A stretch of DNA of 64,000 bases from Nitrospirota bacterium (GTDB lineage: Bacteria > Nitrospirota > UBA9217). The notes under the pieces are model-generated. The model worked only from the letters and a program-made list of their open reading frames with translations, was not told the origin of the DNA and made no database searches. Location: the NCBI GenBank assembly GCA_963737155.1, contig CAVTRN010000002.1, positions 1,504,001-1,568,000 on the forward strand. Direction: 5' to 3'. Shown piece after piece: positions 22,137 to 32,367 of this stretch; position 1 is the stretch's first letter; the number at the start of each line of letters is the position of its first letter. The position numbers and the translations under genes were made by a program.

Positions 22137-22720
22137 GAACGGTTCCATTCTGGAAAGAATATTTGGAAGCGGATTTATCAAGACTACGAACCCGTTGCAC
22201 AAATGCCTGGGCAGCCGCTTAGATCGCCTATGTGGGACGGTGACAGGCTGACATTATTGTATCGGCGAAGCACACGGCATGAAAGAACAATCGCGTTGGT
22301 TCTTTATGTCGTCATCTGAGGCGCGATCCCTTTGCCGCTTCGCCAAAGCTTCAGCAGATTATGTTACGCAGAGTAAGTTTCCATTCCTGCTAGAATGCAT
22401 CAAGCCCCCGGCGCAGATAGTATCGTATTCCACGATTATCTTTGACCTGACCAAATACCGTTTCGACAGTCTGGCCTCGTTTCTATTGTTTTAGGAACGG
22501 GAAACGTCTCCTTAGTTCTAAACTGCTCAGGTCAAAAAAGGGACAAGAAAAAACTTCGCACGCAAAGCCTATAGTTCAAATTGCATAGGATCCGTTCTGG
22601 ACGGAAAAATCGCGCAAACATTTTGCTTCTTGTCGACCATTCAGCTTTTCTTTGTGTCGAGGAGCCTGCCTTTGCACGGATATATTATTAAAGACTTTTA
22701 TATCGGGAGCTGAGAAGTTT

Positions 22721-22940
22721 GTGTGCCAAGCAAGCTTGTCTATTCAAGCCGGTGAAAGTCCGGCCTGGGCAAAGGCTCACTGCCAGCCCAGTACCAAATC
22801 CCGCATGCAGTGAGGTAACGATCTGCATGAAGTCGGGAGGTATCGGGCTTCAACGCAATTGAAGTTATTGAGCCCCCAAAATCTGCTTACTCACAGAGGC
22901 CGACATGCTAAACTTCCATGGAAGGCACGGTTCCGTGAGG
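22721..22940 (+). mobile_element. 5' fragment (domain I) of a group II intron
   Basis: GTGTGCC start, CCGGTGAAAGTCCGG, GAGGTAAC hairpin, TGAGCCCC, GGCCGAC...GGAAGGC; no RT ORF or domain V seen. Confidence 0.65.
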
Positions 22941-23107
22941 GGCATGATATACCTCACATGGTTGAATGATGTGGCACTCCTCCTACCGAAAGGTACGAGA
23001 AGCGGAGAACATAAACCAAATCTAGGTTAGACACAGGACATGTATACTCGACCAATAAAGCACAATAAATACGGCAAAAGAAACACAGAAAATTTCTCAC
23101 AAGACGG

Positions 23108-23255
23108 CCGTCACATTTGGCGGTTCTGTTAAATGCGACGGCCTACCGTGATGGTTTTTTCTTTCCCACTGCATCTTACATTCCATATTAATTCAAGACA
23201 ATCAATGTATTATTCCTTTCAATAACTATAAATATATCCCGGCATGATAGTTGTA
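23108..23255 (+). promoter_or_regulatory. putative sigma-54 promoter with enhancer sites and IHF site
   Basis: CCGTCA-N4-TGGCGG and CTGTTA-N4-CGACGG; AATCAATGTATTA (IHF consensus) at 23200-23212; CGGCATGATAGTTGTA at 23240-23255. Confidence 0.55.
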
Positions 23256-23565
23256 ATATTCATGATTGTTCTATTCTTTATCAGGATTTTATACCGTCAA
23301 AAGGTTTATGAAAACCAGAGAGGCGAGTGTGAAATCATAGAGGGCGCAGAGAAAACTGGTTAATGCCTGTGCCTAATTTTTCAGTAAGATACTCTGTGAT
23401 CTCGTAGTTGATCCATCAAGAGAAGGACGAGGAACGCTGGTAATAAGGAGGGCATAGGGCGGGGAGAAATGCTAGTGGCTGATTGACTGACTGAATTCAA
23501 TATGTTCTCTGTTTTCTATGCCTAATAGTTTGACAATACGCAAGATTTATTTACGAGGTAAAAAA

Positions 23566-24243
23566 ATGAAAAAGTTTTGTTTTGGTATATTGATTTTGGC
23601 TCTGCCAATTGTCGTCCCTGTTCCAACGATGGCAGGGGTAGATGTAAACGTCAATATTGCTCTGCCACCACCAATCGTATTTTCCGCACCACCAGCGCTG
23701 ATAGTACTGCCTGAGACGTATGTCTACGTCGCTCCTGACGTAGACACGGACCTCTTCTTCTACAACGGTTGGTGGTGGCGTCCGTGGGAAGGACGTTGGT
23801 ATCGCTCACGGAGTTACAACTCAGGCTGGGCCTACTATCAAAGGGTTCCATCTTTTTATTCAGGAATACCCTCAGGTTGGAGGAATGACTACAGGGATCA
23901 TAGTTGGAATGGGCATGAGTGGAACTACCAGCGAATACCTCAGCAGCAAGTTCAACAGAACTGGAAGGGCTGGCAAAAGAGCAACTATTGGGAGAAGCAA
24001 CAATCTTGGGGTGTGAAAGGTTTGGAACCCCGCACGCGATCACAACAGCCGTCTCAAACAGTCCGAGCAAAAGCTAAGGCAAAACCGCAAGTTAGAAAGG
24101 CAGTGCAACCACAACAATCGCGACCGAGATCCGGAGAGATCCAACCACAGCACCCACAGCAACAACACAAGGTGACACCACAAGCATCTAAACCTCAAGC
24201 GGGAAAACCTGAAAAAGGGGAGGAAAGAGAGGATAAAAAGTAG
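23566..24243 (+). CDS. secreted Trp/Tyr-rich (YXWGXW-like) protein with Q/K/P tail, copy 1
   Basis: Signal peptide, PPPIV, FFYNGWWWRPWEGRWY, low-complexity tail. Confidence 0.8.
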   Translation: MKKFCFGILILALPIVVPVPTMAGVDVNVNIALPPPIVFSAPPALIVLPETYVYVAPDVDTDLFFYNGWWWRPWEGRWYRSRSYNSGWAYYQRVPSFYSGIPSGWRNDYRDHSWNGHEWNYQRIPQQQVQQNWKGWQKSNYWEKQQSWGVKGLEPRTRSQQPSQTVRAKAKAKPQVRKAVQPQQSRPRSGEIQPQHPQQQHKVTPQASKPQAGKPEKGEEREDKK

Positions 24244-24428
24244 GATGATAAAAAGTTTACCCAACTTATGTGAAGATGACGCAGGTGAGCAGTTATATGA
24301 TGGACAGGGTACATTCACCTCCTGCTGATAATTACTATCATCGTTTTGGTCGCGTTCCTTCAAGGGTGCAGTTGGAGTTAGGTTGCGGTAGGTCATAAAC
24401 TTAAATGACGATATGAAGGAGGCACGAA

Positions 24429-24650
24429 ATGAAAACGAACACGCTGTTAGGAATCATTCTCATTGTTGTAGGGATTGTGGCCTTCGCGTATCAGGGCATT
24501 ACCTACACGACCAGAGAGAAGGTTGTCGATCTCGGTCCAATGCACATGACGGCTGATAGGACGAGGACGATTCCGCTCCCTCCGATTGTGGGCGCTATTG
24601 CGCTTGTAGGCGGCATTGTGCTGGTCTTTACGGGGAGCAAAAAAAACTGA
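24429..24650 (+). CDS. DUF3185-like small membrane protein
   Basis: AGGAGG RBS; YQGITYTTREKVVDLGP...IPLPPIVG. Confidence 0.8.
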   Translation: MKTNTLLGIILIVVGIVAFAYQGITYTTREKVVDLGPMHMTADRTRTIPLPPIVGAIALVGGIVLVFTGSKKN

Positions 24651-24906
24651 GAAAAGTCACTCAGTTAAATTCAAGATGATGGTGACGACTACACAGTAGG
24701 ACGTTCTCTTGCAGAGTTCTGTGAACAGCAGAGAGACCGAGGAACGGCTTGTAACAAACCCCGGGGAAATCAAGGGTGTGAAATCCGTGAAGGTCTTTTT
24801 AAGGAGGAAGAGAGAAAGTAAGTCTTCTCAGGCAGCATTTAGATAAAGGAGTTAACTGCGGCTAAAGCACTAGCAGCTCAATCGAAATCTTTAAGGGAGG
24901 AACTCT

Positions 24907-25092
24907 ATGAAATCCAGCATGCAGGACACAGCGAAAGGCTCGTATCACGAAGCAAAGGGTAAGGTCAAGGATATGGCCGGGGAAATCACTAATGATCCAA
25001 GGTTGGAGGCCGAAGGAAAAGACGAAAGGATAGCAGGTAAAGTGCAGAAAAGGCTCGGTCAGACCAATAGGCTCTTTCGGTCAAGTCAATAG
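24907..25092 (+). CDS. CsbD family protein
   Basis: KGKVKDMAG...LEAEGK...GKVQ. Confidence 0.85.
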   Translation: MKSSMQDTAKGSYHEAKGKVKDMAGEITNDPRLEAEGKDERIAGKVQKRLGQTNRLFRSSQ

Positions 25093-25192
25093 GCTCTTGG
25101 GGGAGTAGTGAGAACGGCGTATCCGGGGTCGGCGTATCCTTGGGCGACAGCTGCGATTGTATGTTACACCACTAGCAGGACGCTGAAAGTCA

Positions 25193-25337
25193 CTAGTGTA
25201 GTGCGTCATAAATCCCTTTATATCGGCTGCCAATTCTGAGCGAAGTGAAGAATCCCGCTTTTCCAAATACTTGAGACTCTTCACTTTGTTCAGGGTGACA
25301 GTGCTAAAGTCAAGAAGCGTTGGACGCATTACACCAG
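25193..25337. repeat. MITE-like element with internal REP-like palindrome
   Basis: IRs CTAGTGTAGTGCGTC / GACGCATTACACCAG enclose CTGAGCGAAGTGAAGA...TCTTCACTTTGTTCAG; absent from the paralogous csbD-BON spacer. Confidence 0.55.
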
Positions 25338-25396
25338 GTCTTCGGAGTAAAAGAGTTTAAAAAACAATAATAACAGCAAGAATAGGAGAAGATACA

Positions 25397-26152
25397 ATGA
25401 AAGAAATATATTCTGTAGTTCTGATGGTGGCAGTAATGGCTATTGCGACGATCGATGTGCCTGCGTATGCGACCAAGATGGATAATCGCATCGAATCATC
25501 AGCAAAGCAGTCGTATGTGTTCAAAACCTATCTCAAGAACGATGATATTAAAATAGAGTCTAATAACGGCGTGGTCACCTTGACAGGGACTGTCTCAGAG
25601 GGATACCACAAATCATTGGCCCAGGAGACCGTGGCGGGTCTGCCCGGGGTCAAAAGCGTCGACAACAAACTGGAAGTCAAGGGGGAACACCCCGCTGAGA
25701 ACTCGGATGCGTGGCTAACTGCAAAAGTGAAAGCAACGCTCCTGTTTCACCGAAGCGTGAGCGCCATGACGAAAGTTACCACTAAAGATGGAATCGTGAC
25801 CCTCCAAGGCGATGCAACGAGCCAAGCGCAAAAGGAATTGACGACTGAATACGCCAAGGATATCGAAGGGGTCAAAGACGTCAATAATGAGATGACCGTG
25901 TCTCAGACTCCTAAAAAGGCACCCCAAACAACGGGTGAAAAAATAGATGATGCTTCCATTACTGCCCAGGTCAAGATGGCGCTGCTGTTCCATCGTTCGA
26001 CCAGCGCCCTCAACACCACGGTAGCGACAAAGCGCGGCGTAGTCACGGTGGGCGGTAAGGCTGGGAATCAAGCCGAAATAGACCTGGTGTCCAAACTCGT
26101 CAACGACGTAAAGGGTGTGAAGAGAGTAAAGAACCGGATGACTATAGAGTAG
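25397..26152 (+). CDS. triple BON-domain (OsmY-like) protein, copy 1
   Basis: Signal peptide; three GxVTLxG...GVKxVxNxL/M repeats. Confidence 0.92.
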   Translation: MKEIYSVVLMVAVMAIATIDVPAYATKMDNRIESSAKQSYVFKTYLKNDDIKIESNNGVVTLTGTVSEGYHKSLAQETVAGLPGVKSVDNKLEVKGEHPAENSDAWLTAKVKATLLFHRSVSAMTKVTTKDGIVTLQGDATSQAQKELTTEYAKDIEGVKDVNNEMTVSQTPKKAPQTTGEKIDDASITAQVKMALLFHRSTSALNTTVATKRGVVTVGGKAGNQAEIDLVSKLVNDVKGVKRVKNRMTIE

Positions 26153-26230
26153 TTGATTTCAGGTACGCATAGATTGCCGGGCCGATTAGCGCGTGGTCAA
26201 TGGGCTTTAGCAATCCGGAAGGAGGACCAA

Positions 26231-26380
26231 ATGCTGTGGACAATCGCTGTGGTATTGCTGGTTCTGTGGGCAGTCGGGCTGGTGAGCAGTTACACGATGG
26301 GTGGATTTATCCATATATTGCTCGTGCTCGCAATTATAGTTATTGTGATCAACCTCATTCAGGGACGAAGACTTGGGTAA
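26231..26380 (+). CDS. lmo0937/DUF5670-like small membrane protein
   Basis: AGGAGG RBS; MLWTIAVVLLVLW...GGFIHILLVLA...GRR. Confidence 0.85.
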   Translation: MLWTIAVVLLVLWAVGLVSSYTMGGFIHILLVLAIIVIVINLIQGRRLG

Positions 26381-26616
26381 ATGATTTAAAGGTAATAATT
26401 GGCGATATTGCATTAAACAAAGAATAAGAGAGTAAGCTTGTACCGCACAATTCGCGAGACACGACTTCGTGGGCGGGGCATTAGATTCTCGTCCTTGATC
26501 AATGGCCTCCGCCTTCGGTCCCGCCGCCGTCGACCCTCGACGGCGCGCGGTTCCCGCACGACGAGCCGTAGGGCGTACTAAGGGACTTGGTCATGTAACA
26601 GGGAAGGAGAAAAAAC

Positions 26617-26769
26617 ATGGGATTAATACTACTTATAATTTTGATCCTCGTGCTTATCGGTGCACTACCTACTTGGCCTCACAGCAGGGGCTGGGGATAC
26701 TATCCAAGCAGCGGACTCGGATTGATCATTGTGATTTTGATCATCCTGTTGCTCCTTGGGCGGATCTGA
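26617..26769 (+). CDS. DUF3309 family small membrane protein
   Basis: MGLILLIILILVLIGALPTWPHSRGWGYYPSSGLG...LLLLGRI (not in the ORF track). Confidence 0.85.
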   Translation: MGLILLIILILVLIGALPTWPHSRGWGYYPSSGLGLIIVILIILLLLGRI

Positions 26770-26796
26770 AAAGGTTCCAGAATAAGAGAAATCATT

Positions 26797-27010
26797 ATGA
26801 ACTCGGCTAAGAGGAGAGGTGCAAGATAAAATTAAAGACCTGAAGCAAAACGAGTTGAAACAATTAAGAGATGCAGTTAAACAGTGACGGGGAACGCTCA
26901 CTGACAAAGACATTTATACGGTCGATGGGAACGTGGTTTAGCTGCAGGCATGATACGGATGCACAGGAGAACAAGCAGAAAAGAAGATAGCTTTATATTC
27001 CTCAGCAATA
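26797..27010 (+). pseudogene. degenerate CsbD/YjbJ-like remnant
   Basis: LKQLRDAVKQ*RGTLTDKDIYTVDG resembles the YjbJ-type WKQxKGxxKxxWGKLTDDD pattern. Confidence 0.45.
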
Positions 27011-27247
27011 TGAAACCAAGGGGGAAAAAAACGGTTCAAACAGTATGTGAAACATTCTCAGACTCGACTCCTGAAGAGAGGCCTCTGCTGAAAAATAGTC
27101 TATTAAAGACTAAAGATACAGGAGAGCGGAAGGGGTTATCCACGCAGGTAATGCATTGACACGGCAAACACTGCAGGCAGATTGTGAAGTGGGGCTAGTA
27201 TGGCTATCTTGGACGGAGTAGAAGCAAGGCATGAAAGAAGGGATACT

Positions 27248-27439
27248 ATGCTGTTAACTCATGTAGTCATTATTTTAGTTGTTATTGGGGTGATTCTATG
27301 GTTAGTGAATAGCTACATACCGATGCAGTCTACCATAAAGAATATCTTCAATGTCGTTGTGATTATTGCGGTGATCCTCTGGCTATTGAGTGTCTTCGGA
27401 ATCTTAAGCTCTCTCCAAACGATTCGTGTTGGAAGGTGA
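27248..27439 (+). CDS. small membrane protein (Thivi_2564-like)
   Basis: GVILWLVNSYIPM...IKNIFNVVVIIAVILWLL. Confidence 0.8.
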   Translation: MLLTHVVIILVVIGVILWLVNSYIPMQSTIKNIFNVVVIIAVILWLLSVFGILSSLQTIRVGR

Positions 27440-27777
27440 AGGATCTGAAAATACACTCAAAGTAGTGAAGACGGAGCACTTGTGCCTGCTATGTGAACAA
27501 TCGTTGTGGTACTTATGGTGCTCTGGTGCTAAGATTTATCGCCGGTAATACGATTAACGGAAAATCCATGTTTTCCTTGTGATCGCAATTCTTGTAGTGT
27601 TGATAAGAGTCATTTAGGGACGAAAGACATGTAGTTGATGGGGGCGTGAGACATGGACGAAGATTATTTCTAGGAAATTCCCTCCAGCCACTGGTGTTGT
27701 TTTTTACACGAGCCGCTGAGCCATTTCGCAAAATTCCTTTACGCCATCAATCGCCTTACATATTAAGGAGATCGGCC

Positions 27778-28098
27778 ATGATCGAAACCACCATTAAGAT
27801 GACGGTGCCTGTTGATAAACGGAAGGAAATCCTTCAAACGGTAAAAGCGATACTTGGCTCAATCCGGAACGAGCGTGGCTGCATAAGCTGCAATTGCTAC
27901 ATTGATGTGGAGGATGAACGCGTCTTATTCTTTGAGGAGGAGTGGAAGACAAAAGAGGACTTGGAAAACCATTTGAGGTCCGACCATTTCGGTGTTTTGA
28001 ACGGAGCAATGAGACTGCTTCTCGAAGAGCCGGACATCAGATTCAATACCATTGCATTCACGGCAGGGCCGGAAGCGATAAAAACGGCGCGGGCGTGA
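27778..28098 (+). CDS. antibiotic biosynthesis monooxygenase (ABM) family protein
   Basis: AAGGAG RBS; RNERGC...EEWKTKEDLENHLRSDHF. Confidence 0.85.
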   Translation: MIETTIKMTVPVDKRKEILQTVKAILGSIRNERGCISCNCYIDVEDERVLFFEEEWKTKEDLENHLRSDHFGVLNGAMRLLLEEPDIRFNTIAFTAGPEAIKTARA

Positions 28099-28425
28099 TG
28101 AGGAAAAAACGAGTTGAACAGGTAAGCGGACAGTATGATCACGGTAATGTTGATGATAACGAAATAGGCGTGTTTATTTGGAACCTAACAAACCTGGCAC
28201 GCTAAAGTAATGGAGGACCAATAAAAAAAAATACGAATTGCATTGCCTTTGCAACATGAAACTAGAGGGGGGAAATCCGCTTCAAGCAGTACGTGGAACC
28301 TTCTCAGAATTGACTCCTTGAAGAAGAGGCACCTGTTGAAAAGAGTCTATTAAAAAAAAACAAAGACGCAACTTTAGTAGAAAATTCATTCGACTCGAAA
28401 GAAACATAGAAAGGATGGAAATATT

Positions 28426-28596
28426 ATGTGGAAAAAAATTAAACTATTGATAATCGGGGTCATGTTGCTCGTATCCAGCAACGGTTGTTGGTGGCGGGGT
28501 GACCATGGAGGACCTGGGGACGGTGGCCATGATGAACATCATGATGAACATCATGAAGAACATCATGAAGACCAAGGCGGTGATGAGCACCATTAA
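28426..28596 (+). CDS. 56-aa His/Asp/Glu-rich putative lipoprotein
   Basis: MWKKIKLLIIGVMLLVSSNGCWWRGDHGGPGDGGHDEHHDEHHEEHHEDQGGDEHH. Confidence 0.75.
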   Translation: MWKKIKLLIIGVMLLVSSNGCWWRGDHGGPGDGGHDEHHDEHHEEHHEDQGGDEHH

Positions 28597-28908
28597 AATG
28601 CTGCCGGGTCCGGTCAAGATTGATTTACCTTCATAGCATTTTATGCAGGAGAAGAAACATCAGGTTAAAATGAAGCTTTCTTACTGCGTCTGACAAACAG
28701 ACGCAAATTCACGACTCGACGAGGCACACGTGCAACCTGATGGTCTTTCCGTCGTTCTTAGGGAAGGGAAATATTCCATGGTCAGGTGTGTCTGTATTGA
28801 TATTATTGACACATTGGAATAAAGCTATAATGCGGATCGCTCGGCACGATTGTTGTAATTCTTCTGTGTGTCAGGTCATCAGGATTGATTTGTATAGGAG
28901 GTAACAAA

Positions 28909-29586
28909 ATGAAAAAGTTGTTTTTGGGGGCATTGGTTTTAGCTATGGCATTTGTAGCTCCTGTTCCAACGATGGCAGGGGTAGATGTAAACGTCAATAT
29001 TGCTCTGCCACCACCAATCGTATTTTCCGCACCACCAGCGCTGATAGTACTGCCTGAGACGTATGTTTATGTGGCTCCTGATGTAGACACGGACCTCTTC
29101 TTCTACAACGGTTGGTGGTGGCGTCCATGGGAAGGACGTTGGTATCGCTCACGGAGTTACAACTCAGGCTGGGCCTACTATCAAAGGGTTCCATCTTTTT
29201 ATTCAGGAATACCCTCAGGTTGGAGGAATGACTACAGGGATCATAGTTGGAATGGGCATGAGTGGAACTACCAGCGAATACCTCAGCAGCAAGTTCAACA
29301 GAACTGGAAGGGCTGGCAAAAGAGCAACTATTGGGAGAAGCAACAATCTTGGGGTGTGAAAGGTTTGGAACCCCGCACGCGATCACAACAGCCGTCTCAA
29401 ACAGTCCGAGCAAAAGCTAAGGCAAAACCGCAAGTTAGAAAGGCAGTGCAACCACAACAATCGCGACCGAAATCCGGAGAGATCCAATCACAGCACTCAC
29501 AGCAACAACAAAAGGTGACACCAAAAAAATCTAAACCTCAAGAGGGAAAACCTGAAAAAGGGGAGGAAAAAGAGGATAGAAAGTAG
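28909..29586 (+). CDS. secreted Trp/Tyr-rich protein, copy 2
   Basis: AGGAGG RBS; mature part near-identical to 23566-24243. Confidence 0.8.
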   Translation: MKKLFLGALVLAMAFVAPVPTMAGVDVNVNIALPPPIVFSAPPALIVLPETYVYVAPDVDTDLFFYNGWWWRPWEGRWYRSRSYNSGWAYYQRVPSFYSGIPSGWRNDYRDHSWNGHEWNYQRIPQQQVQQNWKGWQKSNYWEKQQSWGVKGLEPRTRSQQPSQTVRAKAKAKPQVRKAVQPQQSRPKSGEIQSQHSQQQQKVTPKKSKPQEGKPEKGEEKEDRK

Positions 29587-29587
29587 G

Positions 29588-29835
29588 ATGACAAAAAGTT
29601 TACCCAACTATGAAGATGACGCTTCCATTAGCGCACGATTCGAGATGGCACTGCTGCTCCATCGTTTGACCAACCCACTTAACACCAAGGTAGCGACTAA
29701 GCGTGACGCGTACACAGGGGATGTTGTTCTGCAGGGTTTTATGAACGTAGAGATACCGAGGAACGGATTGTAAGATCAGGGAAATCAAGGCCGTAAAATC
29801 TGTGAAGAGTCTCTTGATGGTGGGGAAAAAAGGTA
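29588..29835 (+). pseudogene. BON-domain remnant
   Basis: DDASISARFEMALLLHR...GDVVLQGF; frameshifted; a similar relic lies at ~24690-24820. Confidence 0.55.
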
Positions 29836-30179
29836 AGTCTTCTCGGGTGGCAATTTGATGACGGAGTTAACTGCGGCTAAAGTACTTGCAGCCAAATTGA
29901 TATCGATACTGTAAAAAGTTTTATGAAAATCAAAGAGGCAAGTGTGAAACCATAGAGGGCGCAGAGGAAACCGGTTAATGCCGGTGCCTGATTTTTCAGT
30001 AAGATACTCTGTGATCTTGTAGTTGACCCATCAGGATAAGGATCAGAAACGATGGTAATAAAGGGGGCAAAGAGGGGGGAGAAATGCAAGTGGCTGATTG
30101 ACTCACTGAATTCAATATGTTCTCTGTTTTCTATGCCTCATAGTTTGACAATACGTTGATATCTTTAAGGAGGGACTCC

Positions 30180-30359
30180 ATGAAATCCAGCATGAAGGAC
30201 AAAGTGAAAGGCAAGTTTCACAGGGCAAAGGGTAAGGTCAAGGAAATCGCCGGGAAAATCAGCGATAATCCCAAGTTGGAGGCCGAAGGAAAAGGCGAAA
30301 AGATAGCCGGCAAAGCACAGGAAAAGATCGGTCAGGTCAAGAAGGTCCTGGGGAGGTAG
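30180..30359 (+). CDS. CsbD family protein, copy 2
   Basis: KGKVKEIAG...LEAEGKGEKIAGKAQEKIG. Confidence 0.9.
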   Translation: MKSSMKDKVKGKFHRAKGKVKEIAGKISDNPKLEAEGKGEKIAGKAQEKIGQVKKVLGR

Positions 30360-30452
30360 TGAGGGTGGCGTATCATGCACTGGAGTGTCCTTGGACCGCC
30401 GGCTGCGGTTGCATGATAAACTACAGTAACAACAATAAAGGGAGGACTTGTT

Positions 30453-31211
30453 ATGAAAGCAATATATTCTGTGGCTTTGGTGGTGGCCGCAATGGCCCTG
30501 CTAACGATCGATGTGTCTGCGTACGCGACCAAGATGGATAACCGCATCGAATCATCAGCCAAACAGTCGTATGTGTTCAAGACCTATCTCAAGGACGATG
30601 ATATTAAAATAGAGTCAAGGGACGGTGCCGTCACCTTGACGGGGACAGTCTCAGAAGAACCCCATAAATCATTGGCTCAAGAGACCGTAGCGGCCCTGCC
30701 CGGTGTGAAAAGCGTTGACAACAGGCTGGAAGTTAAAGGGGAACGCCCGGCTGAAAACTCGGATGCGTGGCTCATGACGAAAGTGAAAACAACACTCTTG
30801 TTCCATCGGAGCGTGAGCGGCTTCAAAACGGAAGTTAACGTGAAAGACGGAAACGTCACTTTGCAAGGCAAAGCGAACAGCCAGGCGCAAAAGGATCTTG
30901 CGACCGAATACGCTAAGGATGTCGAAGGGGTCAAAGACGTCAATAATGAGATGACCGTGTCTCAGAATCCGAAAAAGGCACCCCAAACAACGGGTGAAAA
31001 GATCGATGACGCCTCAATTACCGCCCAGGTAAAGATGGCGTTGCTGTTCCATCGCACGACCAGTGCACTGCACACCACAGTCGCGACAAAGCGCGGCGTA
31101 GTCACGGTAAGCGGCAAGGCCAGGTTTGCACCCGAAAAAGACTTGGTGACCAAACTCGTCAAAGACATAAAAGGTGTGAAGAGAGTAAATAACCGTATGA
31201 CCATCGAGTAG
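30453..31211 (+). CDS. triple BON-domain protein, copy 2
   Basis: Paralog of 25397-26152. Confidence 0.92.
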   Translation: MKAIYSVALVVAAMALLTIDVSAYATKMDNRIESSAKQSYVFKTYLKDDDIKIESRDGAVTLTGTVSEEPHKSLAQETVAALPGVKSVDNRLEVKGERPAENSDAWLMTKVKTTLLFHRSVSGFKTEVNVKDGNVTLQGKANSQAQKDLATEYAKDVEGVKDVNNEMTVSQNPKKAPQTTGEKIDDASITAQVKMALLFHRTTSALHTTVATKRGVVTVSGKARFAPEKDLVTKLVKDIKGVKRVNNRMTIE

Positions 31212-31287
31212 TTAAAAAGCAGGTACGCATAGATTGCCGGGCCGATGAGCACGTGGGCACGGGGCCTGAGCAACGAGGTATTTGTCC

Positions 31288-32367
31288 ATGACTGAACAGA
31301 GTAATTCTCAGACGGGGATCCACTTCCTTTTCATCGCGGCCGCGCTTATCATTATCATCTGGGGCATCAATCAGGCACAGTCGGTCCTCGTGCCCTTCCT
31401 TTTCGCCGTTTTCCTTGCTATACTCGGGACTCCATTGGTACTCTGGCTCGAGCGGAAACGCATTCCCTCCGTCGTTGCGGTATTGATCGTGGTAACAGGC
31501 ATGATCACCATTCTACTGATCGTCGGCGGTCTTGTAGGCACGTCCCTCAACGGATTTATCGATTCCCTGCCTTCATATCAACAACGCATGCATGAACAAG
31601 TCTCGTCACTCAAGGCGCTGCTGGCAAATAAAGGTATTCGGGTCACGGACAAGATGCTGTTCGAGTATATCAATCCGAATGCGATGATGAGGATGGCAGT
31701 CGGCATGATCGGGGGGTTGGGCTCAGCGCTCTCGAACATTATCCTGATCCTGCTAACCATAACGTTTATCCTGCTCGAAGCCTCAAGCTTCCCTGTCAAG
31801 CTCCGTGCTGTCCTCGGTGATCCTCAACAGTCATTTCCCCAGTTCACGAGGTTCGTTGATGATATTAAGCGGTATATGATCATCAAGACGGTGATCAGCC
31901 TGACTGCAGGTATTCTGATCGGGATATGGCTTTCTGTCCTCGGTGTAGATTCTCCTGTTCTGTGGGGTTTTCTGGCCTTTTTGCTCCACTATGTACCCAA
32001 TGTCGGGTTTATCATCGCCGCGATCCCCGCGGTTATTCTCACCCTTGTTCAACTCGGGTTCGGCAGTGCCGCGCTCGCCGCTGCCGGATATCTGGCCATT
32101 AGTTTCATACTCGGCAATGTCGTCGAGCCGAGGCTAATGGGGCGGAGGCTCGGTCTGTCCACGCTGGTTGTATTTCTCTCGCTGATCTTTTGGGGAAGCC
32201 TTCTGGGTTTGATTGGTGTGGTTCTGTGCATACCGTTTACCATGACGCTGAAGTTCGCATGCGAGAACAATAAAAGCACACGATGGATAGCAGTATTGCT
32301 CGGGCCTGAAACACCCGCTGAAAGCATTCCACCATTATCGAAAAAAGAAGCCGACCTTGAGACCTGA
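31288..32367 (+). CDS. AI-2E family transporter
   Basis: Multi-TM; LWGFLAFLLHYVPNVG, EPRLMG, FWGSLLG. Confidence 0.9.
   Translation: MTEQSNSQTGIHFLFIAAALIIIIWGINQAQSVLVPFLFAVFLAILGTPLVLWLERKRIPSVVAVLIVVTGMITILLIVGGLVGTSLNGFIDSLPSYQQRMHEQVSSLKALLANKGIRVTDKMLFEYINPNAMMRMAVGMIGGLGSALSNIILILLTITFILLEASSFPVKLRAVLGDPQQSFPQFTRFVDDIKRYMIIKTVISLTAGILIGIWLSVLGVDSPVLWGFLAFLLHYVPNVGFIIAAIPAVILTLVQLGFGSAALAAAGYLAISFILGNVVEPRLMGRRLGLSTLVVFLSLIFWGSLLGLIGVVLCIPFTMTLKFACENNKSTRWIAVLLGPETPAESIPPLSKKEADLET

Noticed and set aside
28806-28831. Perfect TTGACA and TATAAT hexamers
   Set aside because: Spacer is only 14 bp, too short for a sigma-70 promoter
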